A DNA stretch of 64,000 nucleotides from a virus (taxonomy: Duplodnaviria > Caudoviricetes): positions 29,325-93,324 of the IMG/VR virus record IMGVR_UViG_3300032138_000006. The stretch is one strand, 5' to 3'. Shown one piece after another: positions 49,313 through 59,997 of the stretch; position 1 is the stretch's first letter, and every line of letters starts with the position of its first letter. The notes below the pieces were generated by a model. That model had not been told where the DNA came from and made no database searches. It worked only from the letters and a program-made list of their open reading frames with translations. A program made the translations under genes and the position numbers.

Positions 49313-50181
49313 AACCGCTGTTCATGTGGGCTGGCGGCAAGAACAAGATGCTTAAGCGGTATCAGCCACACTTGCCCGAGAAGTTTGATAAGTATTGCGA
49401 GCCGTTTCTTGGCGGCGGGGCAATGTTTGTTTGGGCATATGAAAAGAACCCCCAAGCCAGCTTTGTCTTGAACGATTCCAATGAGGGGGTTGTACAAATT
49501 TATCGAGCCATCCGCAACGATGTTACAAAGTTCATTGCCAGACTGGATATGCTGAGTGGACAATATTTGCCCTTGAGCAAAGAAGATAGGAAGGTGTGGT
49601 ATTATGATTTGCGGAATGAACATGCATATGATTATTACAAATGGACTTCAACAGAGGAAGCAGCTTCTTTATATTTTTTAATGAAGACGGGCTTCAACGG
49701 CATATGGCAAATAAACAAAAATACTAACGATAGATTTGGCACACCCTCCGGCTTGTTAAATCAGAAAGATACCGTCTATGATAAACAGAATGTGATGAAG
49801 TGGCATGCGGCTTTGCAACAGTGCGAGTTGATGTGTGGAGACTTCGAAGAAACCATTAAAAAGATCGGGCGAAAGTCAAACTGCTATGTCTTTTTGGATC
49901 CACCATACAGGGGATCCTTTACTCAATACGGTGTTGACTTTGATGACGGCTTGCAAGAGAAAGTGATAGCATATTTAGAAGTAGCGCGCATGCTTGGTTC
50001 TTATGTGCTTCTGTCAAATCGTGATGTGGGTGATGACTTCTTTGAGAAACGCCGCGGCGACAATAAGATCGTCAAGTTTCCTGTGACTTATACAGCAGGG
50101 CGCAGAAAGAAAACCGAAGAAGGCTTTGAGGCAAAGAAGGCGATAGAGATCTTGATGATAGGAGAGCCGCGTGGACTTTAG
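49309..50181 (+). CDS. D12-class N6-adenine DNA methyltransferase (Dam-like)
   Basis: WAGGK, EPFLGGG, FNG, FLDPPY. Confidence 0.9.
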   Translation: MKPLFMWAGGKNKMLKRYQPHLPEKFDKYCEPFLGGGAMFVWAYEKNPQASFVLNDSNEGVVQIYRAIRNDVTKFIARLDMLSGQYLPLSKEDRKVWYYDLRNEHAYDYYKWTSTEEAASLYFLMKTGFNGIWQINKNTNDRFGTPSGLLNQKDTVYDKQNVMKWHAALQQCELMCGDFEETIKKIGRKSNCYVFLDPPYRGSFTQYGVDFDDGLQEKVIAYLEVARMLGSYVLLSNRDVGDDFFEKRRGDNKIVKFPVTYTAGRRKKTEEGFEAKKAIEILMIGEPRGL

Positions 50182-50440
50182 AGTTGGGGATTTAGTTATA
50201 ACCACAGATTGCATAGCGGATTTGGATGCAACTCGCGCAGGTCGCCATCGCGTCGACGACGACTATGTTAAAGAGGCGCTAGCGTTGGTGTTGCGAACTT
50301 GGAACTCTACACCCCGACCGCGATACAAACTCAGCCCGGACGAGTTTGAGGTTTGTTACTGTTCAGGTCCGTGCACGGGCGATGTTGTACGAGAAACAAT
50401 GCATAACTTTAGACTTGTTAGTCAGGGGAACTCCAAATGA
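50171..50440 (+). CDS. MKVGDLV-type SH3-like protein
   Basis: FRVGDLV...FRLVSQ. Confidence 0.65.
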   Translation: MDFRVGDLVITTDCIADLDATRAGRHRVDDDYVKEALALVLRTWNSTPRPRYKLSPDEFEVCYCSGPCTGDVVRETMHNFRLVSQGNSK

Positions 50441-50718
50441 AAATGGTGATTGTGTTTGATACAGAAGATCCACGCGGTATGAAGGACGCCTATCGAATGA
50501 TTATGTATTTGGCGCAGCAGCATATGGACTTGGACGAGGCACGCAGGGCGCAGCTAACGAAGATTCAGTTGGTAAAGGCATTAAAAGATTTTTCGCGAGA
50601 AAATTTGTCAGACAAACTAGAAAAGCCGCCACGCATTAGAGAGTTTATGCAGTTTGCAGATAAAATACTACAAAAATATGGCGCGCCACAACTATCAGAT
50701 GATGAAGATGGAAATTAA
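50437..50718 (+). CDS. Hypothetical protein
   Basis: ATGA overlap with the upstream gene. Confidence 0.55.
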   Translation: MKMVIVFDTEDPRGMKDAYRMIMYLAQQHMDLDEARRAQLTKIQLVKALKDFSRENLSDKLEKPPRIREFMQFADKILQKYGAPQLSDDEDGN

Positions 50719-50899
50719 CACTAAGGAAACATGTGCAGATTATGCAGTGAAAGCGGCGCAAGGCATTGTTGTTGCTGCTGTTATGCCAGTGATATTTACT
50801 GCTGGTCTCATGTGCGCGGGTGCCATCGGCGCGTTAGCTGTCGGAGAGATGGGAGCTAAGACAATAAAAAAAATTAAAAATCGGGTAACGGGTGAATGA
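50708..50899 (+). CDS. Small membrane protein
   Basis: Long hydrophobic segment and basic tail. Confidence 0.5.
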   Translation: MEINTKETCADYAVKAAQGIVVAAVMPVIFTAGLMCAGAIGALAVGEMGAKTIKKIKNRVTGE

Positions 50900-50987
50900 A
50901 ATCAAAGAAGGGGGAGAAATACTGGGTTGCCATACATAAAAAGACTCGTCAGTGACATAGTTATTAGTGTAAGCCAAAGGAGTTATT

Positions 50988-52313
50988 ATGAGCGATAACC
51001 AAGTTATTTGCTGTTCCTTTTGCGCCAAGGCGCAAGCTGATGTCCGGACAATGGTTGCCGGTACAAAGGTGTTTATCTGTGACGAGTGTGTTGAACTTTG
51101 CATGGATATTGTCGACGAAGAATACGAGTTCAAGAAAGATAAGCAGGAAGCAGTTGAAGAGCCCCAAGAAATATTCACTCCCCAAGAAATATACGACCGC
51201 CTTGGTGAATATGTAATTGGGCAAGAGACAGCTAAAAAGTTTTTGTCCGTAGCTGTGTACAACCACTACAAGCGTGCGTCAATCAATCGCGCCGCCGACG
51301 GCAGTGTTGGCAGCAAAAGACGCCGCCGTCGAACCAAGAAGCCGAAGGACCACTTCGATTTGGAAAAATCCAACGTTTTGCTAATTGGTCCTACGGGCTC
51401 TGGTAAGACATTGCTAGCCAAAACACTAGCCAAGATTCTGGACGTGCCGTTCGCCATCGCAGACGCGACGTCTTTAACTGAGGCTGGATATGTCGGCGAA
51501 GATGTGGAAAACATTCTGCTATACCTAATCCAAAATGCCAATGACAACTTGGACGCAGCCGCACGAGGCATTATCTACATTGACGAAATCGATAAAATTG
51601 CGCGAAAGTCTGAGGGTGCGTCGTCGACCCGTGACGTGTCGGGCGAAGGCGTGCAGCAGGCACTCCTCAAGCTCATTGAGGGCACCGTGGCGAATATCCC
51701 CCCCAAGGGTGGGCGCAAGCACCCCAACCAAGAATACACGCGACTGGACACAAACAATATTTTATTTATCTGTGGGGGCGCTTTTAGCGGGATTGAAGAT
51801 GTTGTGCTTGAACGACTTGGCACCAAAGAGATTGGCTTCTCGAAAAAGACAGAGCAGCGGATCGATACCAACGAGATTGACAAAAACAAAATCTATGAAT
51901 ATGTCGAGCCCACCGACTTGGTTAACTATGGGCTGATATCAGAGTTCATCGGGCGCATCCCGGTGATCACATCTCTTGAGGCGTTGACCGAGGAGGCACT
52001 GCTCAAGGTGCTGACCGAGCCCAAAGGATCTGTCATCAAGCAGTATCAAAAGCTGTTCGATGTTGATGGCATCAAGTTGAGCTTTTCTGATGGCGCATTG
52101 CGTGCAATTGCTCAGGAAGCCATCCAGCGCAAGACAGGTGCCCGTGGATTGCGTTCCATTCTTGAAGCTGTCATGACCGACACCATGTTTGATGCGCCAA
52201 ATGAGAAGGATAAGATCGAAGAGATCCTCATAACCGAAAATGTTGTCAATGCGGGCTTGAAACCTGATATTACTTACAGAATTCCGGAAGAAAAAACGGT
52301 AGAAACTTGTTGA
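50988..52313 (+). CDS. clpX: ATP-dependent Clp protease ATPase subunit ClpX
   Basis: CSFC..CDEC zinc domain, [20 protein letters not shown] loop. Confidence 0.95.
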   Translation: MSDNQVICCSFCAKAQADVRTMVAGTKVFICDECVELCMDIVDEEYEFKKDKQEAVEEPQEIFTPQEIYDRLGEYVIGQETAKKFLSVAVYNHYKRASINRAADGSVGSKRRRRRTKKPKDHFDLEKSNVLLIGPTGSGKTLLAKTLAKILDVPFAIADATSLTEAGYVGEDVENILLYLIQNANDNLDAAARGIIYIDEIDKIARKSEGASSTRDVSGEGVQQALLKLIEGTVANIPPKGGRKHPNQEYTRLDTNNILFICGGAFSGIEDVVLERLGTKEIGFSKKTEQRIDTNEIDKNKIYEYVEPTDLVNYGLISEFIGRIPVITSLEALTEEALLKVLTEPKGSVIKQYQKLFDVDGIKLSFSDGALRAIAQEAIQRKTGARGLRSILEAVMTDTMFDAPNEKDKIEEILITENVVNAGLKPDITYRIPEEKTVETC

Positions 52314-52382
52314 AGCGTGTAATTACTTAACACCAAGTAACAAATAAGTTATGTTAAGTAATGTTAAAGGAGTACTAATAAA

Positions 52383-52571
52383 ATGAACACGTCAGACAGA
52401 ATTCAAGAACTGATCGATCACCTCGCTGCCAGCATGACCGATTCCGGCAAGCATGGAAGAGGAAACTACGCCGCGGGTACCCGCCTGCGCAAGGCTCTTC
52501 AAGAAGCCATTAATGAATGTCGTGACATCCGAGCGCAAGTTCAGGAAGAACGCAAAGAGCGAAAAGATTAA
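52383..52571 (+). CDS. Histone H1-like (Hc1-domain) small protein
   Basis: GNYAAGTRLRKALQE...IRAQVQE. Confidence 0.7.
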   Translation: MNTSDRIQELIDHLAASMTDSGKHGRGNYAAGTRLRKALQEAINECRDIRAQVQEERKERKD

Positions 52572-52592
52572 TAAAATAATATTATTTTTTTG

Positions 52593-52621
52593 TTGACAAA
52601 CCACCTAAACTATGTTGTAAT
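52593..52621 (+). promoter_or_regulatory. Sigma70-type promoter, likely leaderless transcript
   Basis: TTGACA-17-TGTAAT with TG; ATG at 52628. Confidence 0.7.
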
Positions 52622-52627
52622 ATAGAC

Positions 52628-52843
52628 ATGGTTAAGGAAACAGTATTTAACGTTGGCGACTTGGTTCGATACGAAGGTCGCCATGGCGAAGTTTTCGTTG
52701 GCATTGTCACGGAACTTGATCCGTCACCCCTCCCCTTTGCAACAGAATGTTATATAAGTGGTATGAAGCAGTGGATTAATAACAAGTTCCTTGCACACAT
52801 ACCCAAAGGCTGGACAGTTGACACATCCCACATTGGAGCGTAA
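52628..52843 (+). CDS. MKVGDLV-type SH3-like protein
   Basis: FNVGDLVRY...VGIVTE. Confidence 0.65.
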   Translation: MVKETVFNVGDLVRYEGRHGEVFVGIVTELDPSPLPFATECYISGMKQWINNKFLAHIPKGWTVDTSHIGA

Positions 52844-52844
52844 G

Positions 52845-53078
52845 ATGATCCGCGTCGGAGATCTCGTTAGACTTAAGAATATTCCCGAAGTTCTAAACAC
52901 TCGTCACGAGAGTGAAAACCTGACTGCCGAATCGGTCGGGCTCGTGATGGAATGGACACCGAAGCCAACACGTCCGAACGCTAAAGGTGGCGATGGCTGG
53001 GTGCTTTGGAACGGTCACCGCGACTGGGACATTGAGTATGAGGAAGACTTGGAGATTGTAAATGATATCCGAGGTTGA
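52845..53078 (+). CDS. MKVGDLV-type SH3-like protein
   Basis: MIRVGDLVRL...LEIVND. Confidence 0.7.
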   Translation: MIRVGDLVRLKNIPEVLNTRHESENLTAESVGLVMEWTPKPTRPNAKGGDGWVLWNGHRDWDIEYEEDLEIVNDIRG

Positions 53079-53277
53079 AGCCGGAAAGCTGGTAAGGGTA
53101 AGGAACACTCACACAGGCGACGTCCCATGGGTCGTAGAACTTTACTGTAAACGCACACCTGTTCTTGTTGTTCAGACCGATGTGGGCGGTCCTCTGGGCA
53201 CAGGGCATTGTACGATCTTGCACGAGGGACAAAGAAGGCTTTTTCAGAAGTCTAGACTGGAAGTGGTGTCAAAATGA
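53062..53277 (+). CDS. MKVGDLV-type SH3-like protein
   Basis: VEAGKLVRV...LEVVSK. Confidence 0.65.
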   Translation: MISEVEAGKLVRVRNTHTGDVPWVVELYCKRTPVLVVQTDVGGPLGTGHCTILHEGQRRLFQKSRLEVVSK

Positions 53278-53480
53278 AAATCGGTGATTTGGTTGAGTTG
53301 TCTGCTTTGGGTCGTCGTGCCAAGTGGCGTGCGTCCATGCACAACTTGAAAGGGATTGTTACAGGGCGACGTCCCATCGCCCAGTTTTGGGAAGTAAGCT
53401 GGTTTCGTGAAGGCGGGAAGATTTGGATGCAGCCAATGGACCGCAAAGAGATCAAGCACGTCAGGGCACCCAAGAAATGA
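53274..53480 (+). CDS. MKVGDLV-type SH3-like protein
   Basis: MKIGDLVEL...GIVT. Confidence 0.7.
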   Translation: MKIGDLVELSALGRRAKWRASMHNLKGIVTGRRPIAQFWEVSWFREGGKIWMQPMDRKEIKHVRAPKK

Positions 53481-53725
53481 AAAAAAAAGTAAATCGCAAC
53501 GTCGACGTTGGGGATCTTGTTATCCAAAAGAAGCCACGGCGTGCCGTAGATACAGGAAAGTTTCCGTATATTGGGGTGGTTTATGAGGTGAGGGTGGTGC
53601 ATTCCTATGACACAGCATTCATATGTTGGAGCCCGGAAGATCCCCCTGACTATAAGCCAGAGTATGGCTTGGGGTGTATCAACATCCACAATATGTACTC
53701 AACTTATGATGTAGTAAATAAATAA
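53477..53725 (+). CDS. MKVGDLV-type SH3-like protein
   Basis: VDVGDLVI...YDVVNK. Confidence 0.65.
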   Translation: MKKKVNRNVDVGDLVIQKKPRRAVDTGKFPYIGVVYEVRVVHSYDTAFICWSPEDPPDYKPEYGLGCINIHNMYSTYDVVNK

Positions 53726-53758
53726 TTCTTATTAAAAAAGTTGAAAAGGTAGTGTAAA

Positions 53759-53935
53759 ATGAACATTGTAGAACAAACGGTTGAGAAATCAATCAGAGAG
53801 TTTGCCGAAGGCAAGCAAATTAATTTAGATGCAGAAACTGCTAGGGTTGAACTGGCTAGGGTAATCATTGCCGACCTCTCCAATCTCGCAGTAAAACTAG
53901 ACGGAGCAGTAGAAGATTTATATGGGAAAGCTTGA
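53759..53935 (+). CDS. Small hypothetical protein (58 aa)
   Basis: MNIVEQTVEKSIREFAEGKQINL...; fills the gap before tdk. Confidence 0.5.
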   Translation: MNIVEQTVEKSIREFAEGKQINLDAETARVELARVIIADLSNLAVKLDGAVEDLYGKA

Positions 53936-54479
53936 AGTAATTTGTGGACCAATGTTCTCCGGCAAATCCGAAGAACTCTTGCGAAGACTCAAGAGGGCAC
54001 AGATTGCCAAGAGAACCTTTCAGCTATACAAGCCATCTATTGACAATCGCTATTCAGAGACACATGTCGTATCTCACTCTGGCATTGAAATGAAGTGCAG
54101 GGTCATTGACACTGCGGAAGAACTTTTATCGGTGCCAACAGAAATAGAAATTGTGGCAATCGACGAATGCCAGTTTCTTGGGTGGGACACTCCTAAAATA
54201 ATTGAAGCGTTGGTGGCTAGTGGTAAGCGAGTAATCGTAGCTGGTTTAGATATGGATTCCAACGGCACACCTTTTGATCCAATGCCTCAGCTAATGGCGC
54301 GAGCAGAATCAGTTTTAAAAGTTACAGCCGTGTGTGAAGCATGCGGAGATGACGCGACGCACACTTGGAGACATGAGACGGTGGAGGTGGGAGATGGTGT
54401 CAATGTCGGTCCATCGGTGCTGATCGGCGCGTCTGATCACTATGAAGCTAGATGTAGAAAACATTGGCAGCGATGGTAA
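53922..54479 (+). CDS. tdk: Thymidine kinase
   Basis: GPMFSGKS, IDECQF, AGLDMD, C..C, YEARCR. Confidence 0.95.
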   Translation: MGKLEVICGPMFSGKSEELLRRLKRAQIAKRTFQLYKPSIDNRYSETHVVSHSGIEMKCRVIDTAEELLSVPTEIEIVAIDECQFLGWDTPKIIEALVASGKRVIVAGLDMDSNGTPFDPMPQLMARAESVLKVTAVCEACGDDATHTWRHETVEVGDGVNVGPSVLIGASDHYEARCRKHWQRW

Positions 54480-54688
54480 AGAGGGGTGACTTGGTTATGT
54501 GGGACGGCGGATCCGCGGGAAACATACTTTCCGGTGTCGTGCTGTCCATTGAGGCGGTACCGTCTACTTTGGACGCAGAGGATACTTTAGAGATGGTAGA
54601 ATATTTAACGGTGCGATGGCAGACTGGTAAGATGACAGTAATACCAGCAAAATATAAAGGATTGGAGGTAATCAGTGAATGTCGGTGA
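54473..54688 (+). CDS. MKVGDLV-type SH3-like protein
   Basis: MVKRGDLV...LEVISECR. Confidence 0.65.
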   Translation: MVKRGDLVMWDGGSAGNILSGVVLSIEAVPSTLDAEDTLEMVEYLTVRWQTGKMTVIPAKYKGLEVISECR

Positions 54689-54875
54689 TCTTGTTGAATT
54701 TGATGCGGCTTGTATCTGGGATGGTCATCCCAGTAATAAAACGGGGGTGGTGCTTAGTATATCTGTGCCAACGATGTCAAACCCATTGAAGCTTGCGATT
54801 GTGCAGTTTGGCGATGAACGAAGAGAGTGTCGTACACGATATCTTAAGGTAATATCAGAAAGAGAGATTAAATGA
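54675..54875 (+). CDS. MKVGDLV-type SH3-like protein
   Basis: MNVGDLVEF...LKVISE. Confidence 0.7.
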   Translation: MNVGDLVEFDAACIWDGHPSNKTGVVLSISVPTMSNPLKLAIVQFGDERRECRTRYLKVISEREIK

Positions 54876-55471
54876 ACATTGCAGCAATTATATTTTTAAT
54901 GACAACTAGTGCCACAACCCTTTGGCAAGAAGACTTGCCATCGTACGAAGAACTGGTTGATCAGGCATTGCATGATTGTAAATACACAGGCAATCGGGCA
55001 GTCGACGAAAAGCTCTTATGGACGCTGATTGAGGCAGAACAACGTCACGGCGTCCCGCCAGAGCTTCGAGGAATGCTCTTGGCTCAGGCATGCGGGGAGT
55101 CTGGGTTTAACCCCAATGCTCGCGGGGACTATCGTGATGGTCGACCGCAAGCTATCGGACTGTTCCAGATGTGGCGCTGGTGGGAGAGCAGTTACGACAT
55201 TGTGCGCACCGATCCGGCTCAAGCCGCGGATGCGCACATGAAACATATTCTTCGTGTGTTAAAGAAAGTGAAGAAGAGGTGTCGCTGGCGCACCACCAGA
55301 AAGCAGTGGGTTGCTGCTTGGGTGACGGCTATACGCGCACCCAAGCCCGGAGGGCGCTGTGTCGAAGTGCCAAAGCATCTCAAAATTCTAAAAAGATGGT
55401 ATCGAAATATTAAGAAATCGCGGAGGATCCTGCGAGAAAAGCATGCCGGATCCGGATCGTGTGGATGTTAG
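54872..55471 (+). CDS. Exported lytic transglycosylase (SLT-like)
   Basis: ESGFNPNA, AIGLFQM; signal-like N-terminus. Confidence 0.75.
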   Translation: MNIAAIIFLMTTSATTLWQEDLPSYEELVDQALHDCKYTGNRAVDEKLLWTLIEAEQRHGVPPELRGMLLAQACGESGFNPNARGDYRDGRPQAIGLFQMWRWWESSYDIVRTDPAQAADAHMKHILRVLKKVKKRCRWRTTRKQWVAAWVTAIRAPKPGGRCVEVPKHLKILKRWYRNIKKSRRILREKHAGSGSCGC

Positions 55472-55489
55472 CACAACAGGTGATATAAA

Positions 55490-55891
55490 ATGAAACTAGC
55501 AGAGAACTTCTCCCTTTGGGAGTTTAAATGTAGAGACGGCTCAGACGTGCCCGAAGAATATATGGATAACGTTCAAAAACTTGCAGACAACCTGCAAGTT
55601 TTGAGAGACCACGTTTGCGAGCCGATTCGGGTCATCAGCGGGTATCGTTCGAAAAAATATAATACTCGCATTGGCGGTGCACGAAAATCACAGCACATGT
55701 GCGCAAAAGCAGCCGACATTAAAATAAAAGGGATGAAGCCCGCAGCGGTCAAAGAAACAATTGAATGGCTCATCCGAGAAGGCAAGATGCACAAAGGCGG
55801 CGTGGGGATTTATAGAACTTTTGTACATTACGATGTGCGGGGGTGGAATGCGCGCTGGAAAGGCAAGGGTGTAAAAGACGACAGACCATAA
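55490..55891 (+). CDS. Peptidase M15 (D-Ala-D-Ala/YcbK-like)
   Basis: SGYRS, SQH..AAD, FVHYDVRG. Confidence 0.9.
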   Translation: MKLAENFSLWEFKCRDGSDVPEEYMDNVQKLADNLQVLRDHVCEPIRVISGYRSKKYNTRIGGARKSQHMCAKAADIKIKGMKPAAVKETIEWLIREGKMHKGGVGIYRTFVHYDVRGWNARWKGKGVKDDRP

Positions 55892-55912
55892 CGGAAAATA
55901 ATGAAAAAGTTC

Positions 55913-55941
55913 TTTACAAGACATATATTTTTTGTTATAGT
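55913..55941 (+). promoter_or_regulatory. Sigma70-type promoter
   Basis: TTTACA-17-TATAGT with TG. Confidence 0.65.
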
Positions 55942-56031
55942 AATATTATCCCAATTGGACAAAGCGATTTGGTTGGGGTATTATAAAATAAACATTATTC
56001 CGTTAAGATAATGGGATAAAGGAGCAATTAA

Positions 56032-57597
56032 ATGAAACAGAGTAATAATCAGGCACATGTGCATGCCAGCACCGCGCATGACACACACCCGCTAACAGCC
56101 AAGACCATTGAAAGCCATCGAGCGCATCGCCGCTCCATGCATGGCTGCATTGCAGAACTCATTGACAACTCAATTGACGCCGGCGCGACGGATATTGATG
56201 TAACAATATCTGGAGATGAGAACGGCGTCATCGACGCCGTTGTTGTTGCTGATAATGGTACCGGCATGAATGAAAGCGTGTTGTATGATTCTTTCACCCT
56301 CGGCGCGCAGCGATCATATAATCCATCCGATATCGGAAAGTATGGCATGGGCGGAACTTCGTCATGCTTGGCGAAAGCAGATCGTAAAGAAACCATTACC
56401 TGCGATGGGCAAGGTGTATACGGTCGATGTTATGACATGGATGTTGTCAGGGAAAACGACCGGTGGCTCACAACCAAGATGGACCTACCTCAAGCCGAAG
56501 AAGAGTGGGCAGCATTTGGCTACGGAATGAAAGAAAACACAGGCACATTGATAAAACTGGAGCGTTTCTTAAAGGATGAAAAAGCATCAAGCGTTATCAC
56601 GAAAGTGTCTAGAGAGCTTGCAGAAATTTACTGGGAAAGGCTTGATCAGGGCTCGTTGAATATTCGTATCAATGGAGAAGAAGTTGTTGGAGCATGCCCT
56701 GTTGGCACACATCATCGCGGCGCCGAGAAAGGGGTACGAAAGCCCATTCAGCTTAACGGCGAGGTGGTTGGTCATATCACCGAAGTAAGTTTAATCAACG
56801 TTCCTAAGTCATTGCTTAAAGTTAGGGTCAGCGAGGATCAGGACAAGAAGTCGCGACGACTAGAATTTAAAGCTGGGCTTTATTTCTTTCGAAATGATCG
56901 CCTTGTTTGTGGCGGCATAATGAAAGACCCCAAAGCCGATTGGAACGCAGGACCTGTGCGGCATCCGAGCCTTCGTTTTGCCCGCATTAAAGTTGAATTT
57001 TCTCCGGAGCACGATGGGTTGTTTGGTTTGACAAATGACAAGGCTAGCGTCGACCCCGGTCAGGCGCTTACCGATGTGATTACTGAGGCGGTTAGGTCAT
57101 TCTATGGAATTGAAGCGGCAAGGGCGAAGAGCCTCAAGGATCAGGAAGATGCTGACAAAGACGACGGCGTGGCGGCCGCTGCAATTGCCATGGCTAACAA
57201 GCCGACGGTGATGCCAAAGCAAAAGCGCGGCTCTCGATCACCCGCGAAAGGTAAAAGGGGTACAGGGAATGTCAAGAAGATATCCTCTAAGGGCAAATCG
57301 CGTGGGTGGATCGAGAGCTTCGATATCCAGCCCATGGGCGCAAGTTCCGATCCATGGCGCGAAGATGTTTCAGAGAGGATGATCATCTTCAACCGAGATA
57401 ACCGCTTTATTCGAGAGAACTTTCTCAATTGCGGCAAAGAAGCCCGAATGGCTATAGTACGTTTAGCAATTGCAGAACTAGCCTCGCGGCGTGAAATGGA
57501 GATGGAGCCGGAATTTGAGGACGTGGACGGCGCGGCGGACCTGTTGGAGAATTACCGTTTGAGCGTCTTTAAGAAGCTTCGCGCTGCGACATATTAA
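56032..57597 (+). CDS. GHKL (MORC-like) ATPase
   Basis: ELIDNSIDA, DNGTGM, GKYGMGG, GT, YFFRNDRLV. Confidence 0.85.
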   Translation: MKQSNNQAHVHASTAHDTHPLTAKTIESHRAHRRSMHGCIAELIDNSIDAGATDIDVTISGDENGVIDAVVVADNGTGMNESVLYDSFTLGAQRSYNPSDIGKYGMGGTSSCLAKADRKETITCDGQGVYGRCYDMDVVRENDRWLTTKMDLPQAEEEWAAFGYGMKENTGTLIKLERFLKDEKASSVITKVSRELAEIYWERLDQGSLNIRINGEEVVGACPVGTHHRGAEKGVRKPIQLNGEVVGHITEVSLINVPKSLLKVRVSEDQDKKSRRLEFKAGLYFFRNDRLVCGGIMKDPKADWNAGPVRHPSLRFARIKVEFSPEHDGLFGLTNDKASVDPGQALTDVITEAVRSFYGIEAARAKSLKDQEDADKDDGVAAAAIAMANKPTVMPKQKRGSRSPAKGKRGTGNVKKISSKGKSRGWIESFDIQPMGASSDPWREDVSERMIIFNRDNRFIRENFLNCGKEARMAIVRLAIAELASRREMEMEPEFEDVDGAADLLENYRLSVFKKLRAATY

Positions 57598-57608
57598 AGG
57601 ATATAATA

Positions 57609-57634
57609 GGGGGCTGGGCGAATGCCCAGCCCTC
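57609..57634 (+). other. Strong intergenic hairpin
   Basis: GGGGGCTGGGC-GAAT-GCCCAGCCCTC, 11 bp, no T tract. Confidence 0.6.
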
Positions 57635-57655
57635 CATGTGACACAAGGAGATGTA

Positions 57656-58306
57656 ATGAGAATCGAAGACAGAGAGCCAAAGGGAAACATACTAGATAGT
57701 GGATATTATCGAGCCACCGGCAATGTAAAATTTGCCGAACTTATGCGAAAGGTGCAGAGCACTGTTATTGCAAATGGCAATGAGTTGGAAGGCTTGCTAG
57801 TAAAATATTCAAATCATCCCAACACGTCTAGCAGTGAAAAGCTAGCTAATTTTGACTTAGCACAAACATCCGCTTTCGTTGTGCAGATGGCGCTGCGTGG
57901 CGTAGATGAAAAAGGTAAAAACATTAACCTTGACGCATTCCTGTGCACGCTCGACAAAGTATATATCTTTGAAATCAAGGACGGTATGTTCTTTGATACA
58001 AAAAAGTCTGCCGGTGAGGTTAGCAGCCTGAACAAAGCCGCCGCGTTTGTTAGACAAAAGGACCCATTGGGTAGAGAAGTTGTGCCGAAGATTGTCTTGT
58101 GGAACTGCAAAGACATCGATGACGCTTCGTTTAAGTGCGAAGAAGGCATACCAATGCTGATGACTGGAGAAGAATTTGCCGAGCTTGTGCCGGTTGATAG
58201 AGAGGTTCTCTACAAAGAAAGACAAAAAGACATGGTGTACAATGAGCGATGGTGCGTTGCGCGGTGTCGGGAAATTGTTGAACTCTATCAGGAGTTGTTG
58301 GCATGA
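57656..58306 (+). CDS. Putative PD-(D/E)xK restriction-like endonuclease
   Basis: NGNELE...NLDAF...IFEIKDG..FDTKK; coupled to an MTase by an ATGA overlap. Confidence 0.6.
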   Translation: MRIEDREPKGNILDSGYYRATGNVKFAELMRKVQSTVIANGNELEGLLVKYSNHPNTSSSEKLANFDLAQTSAFVVQMALRGVDEKGKNINLDAFLCTLDKVYIFEIKDGMFFDTKKSAGEVSSLNKAAAFVRQKDPLGREVVPKIVLWNCKDIDDASFKCEEGIPMLMTGEEFAELVPVDREVLYKERQKDMVYNERWCVARCREIVELYQELLA

Positions 58307-59364
58307 AACCATTCTTTAAATGGTCTGGCGGCAAGAGGCGCGAGATAAAAGTTGTGCGGCAGTACATGCCAACCCAATTTGACACGTTTTATGAGCCCTT
58401 TTTGGGAGGTGGTGCAATCTGGCTCGATCTAGAACATGATAAGAATGTTGTCAATGACAGCTATCCAGACGTCATGAACTTTTATAAAGTTTTAAAGAGC
58501 GATACTCACGACTTTATAAAGCACATCAACCAATTGAGTACCTCGTACGCTCAAGAGATGAACAATGTTGAAAGAGACCCAAAGTTTGAAAAACAGATTG
58601 AGGAAGTCAAAGGTGCCCTCGGCGGCATTCATGATTCAAACTTTAAAAAAGTACCGGCAATGTCAAAGTCACTCAAAGCCCTGCTTCGCGCCGGGGAACT
58701 GGACAAAAACAAACTGGGCTCAGTCATCGATGACCTTACCTCATGGGAAGAACAAGTAAAGGAAAAGAGAGCAGAACTCAAAGCCCTCAAAGAGGAGATG
58801 AATAAGCCGGTATATGAGATTGCCAACAATTATTATTATTACTATAGAAATAATGACTTCGGCTCTGATTTTGATAAAGCCGTGCAATTTTATATTCTTC
58901 GACAGCTTTCCTTCTCCGGCATGCTCAGGTTTGATGGCAATGGCAAGTTCAACGTGCCGTACGGCTGGTATAAGAGTTTTAAGGGAATAGAGGAGAACCC
59001 AGAAAACATTAAAAACGTGCTCGACAAAACACAGTTGATGTGCTGTGACTGGAGGGACAGCGTAGCTACTGCGACCAAAGATGATTTTGTCTTCTTGGAC
59101 CCGCCTTACACCAGAACGTTTACAAGTTATCACCCCAATGGTCAATTTGGTGATCAAGAGCATGAAGATCTGGCAGAGTGGTTCAAAACAACGAGCGCTC
59201 AGGTTATGATTATTCTCAATAGAGATGAGTTTACAGAAAATCTCTATGGAGAATATATTCTCGATGATTATGATTTTAAATATTCAATTCAGTACAGGGA
59301 TAGGATGACCGAAACGGATTCTAACGCCAAGCACTTTATTGCAACGAACTATAAAAAGGAGTGA
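58303..59364 (+). CDS. D12-class N6-adenine MTase with coiled-coil insertion
   Basis: WSGGK, EPFLGGG, FSG...FNVPYG, FLDPPY. Confidence 0.9.
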   Translation: MKPFFKWSGGKRREIKVVRQYMPTQFDTFYEPFLGGGAIWLDLEHDKNVVNDSYPDVMNFYKVLKSDTHDFIKHINQLSTSYAQEMNNVERDPKFEKQIEEVKGALGGIHDSNFKKVPAMSKSLKALLRAGELDKNKLGSVIDDLTSWEEQVKEKRAELKALKEEMNKPVYEIANNYYYYYRNNDFGSDFDKAVQFYILRQLSFSGMLRFDGNGKFNVPYGWYKSFKGIEENPENIKNVLDKTQLMCCDWRDSVATATKDDFVFLDPPYTRTFTSYHPNGQFGDQEHEDLAEWFKTTSAQVMIILNRDEFTENLYGEYILDDYDFKYSIQYRDRMTETDSNAKHFIATNYKKE

Positions 59365-59365
59365 T

Positions 59366-59947
59366 ATGTATTATCCACCAACAGTAATTGAAAACACCAA
59401 AAATGGCGAGAGGTCGTACGACATATATTCTCGCCTTCTCAAGGATAGGATTGTGTTTTTGGGCACGCAGGTTGACAACAATGTCGCCAATTCTATCATC
59501 GCACAGCTACTTTTCCTCGATATGCAGGATCCAGAGAAGGATATCCTATTTTATATTAATTCTCCCGGTGGCTCTGTGACCGCTGGGCTGGGTATTCTCG
59601 ACACAATGAATCACATTAATGCCGACGTGGCTACTGTATGTGTTGGGCAGGCAGCATCAATGGGAGCCCTGCTTTTGTGCTCCGGAGCCAAGGGAAAGAG
59701 ATCGATATTGCCCAACGCTAGAGTGCTCATCCACCAACCCCTCGGCGGCGCACAGGGACAAGCTAGTGATATTGAAATCCATGCCAATGAGATTGTGCGA
59801 TTGAAGGGGCGCTTAAATCGCATTATGGCAAACGCCACGGGCAAGACGTTGAAGAGTATTAAACAAGACACTGACCGTGACTATATCATGGACGCTGAGC
59901 AAGCCGTAGAGTATGGATTGGTTGATCATGTTGTCGATGATAAGTAA
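59366..59947 (+). CDS. clpP: ATP-dependent Clp protease proteolytic subunit
   Basis: [33 protein letters not shown]. Confidence 0.95.
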   Translation: MYYPPTVIENTKNGERSYDIYSRLLKDRIVFLGTQVDNNVANSIIAQLLFLDMQDPEKDILFYINSPGGSVTAGLGILDTMNHINADVATVCVGQAASMGALLLCSGAKGKRSILPNARVLIHQPLGGAQGQASDIEIHANEIVRLKGRLNRIMANATGKTLKSIKQDTDRDYIMDAEQAVEYGLVDHVVDDK

Positions 59948-59997
59948 TAAATATATAGAAATGGGCGAAAATATTAATATTTTCCATATTTACTATT

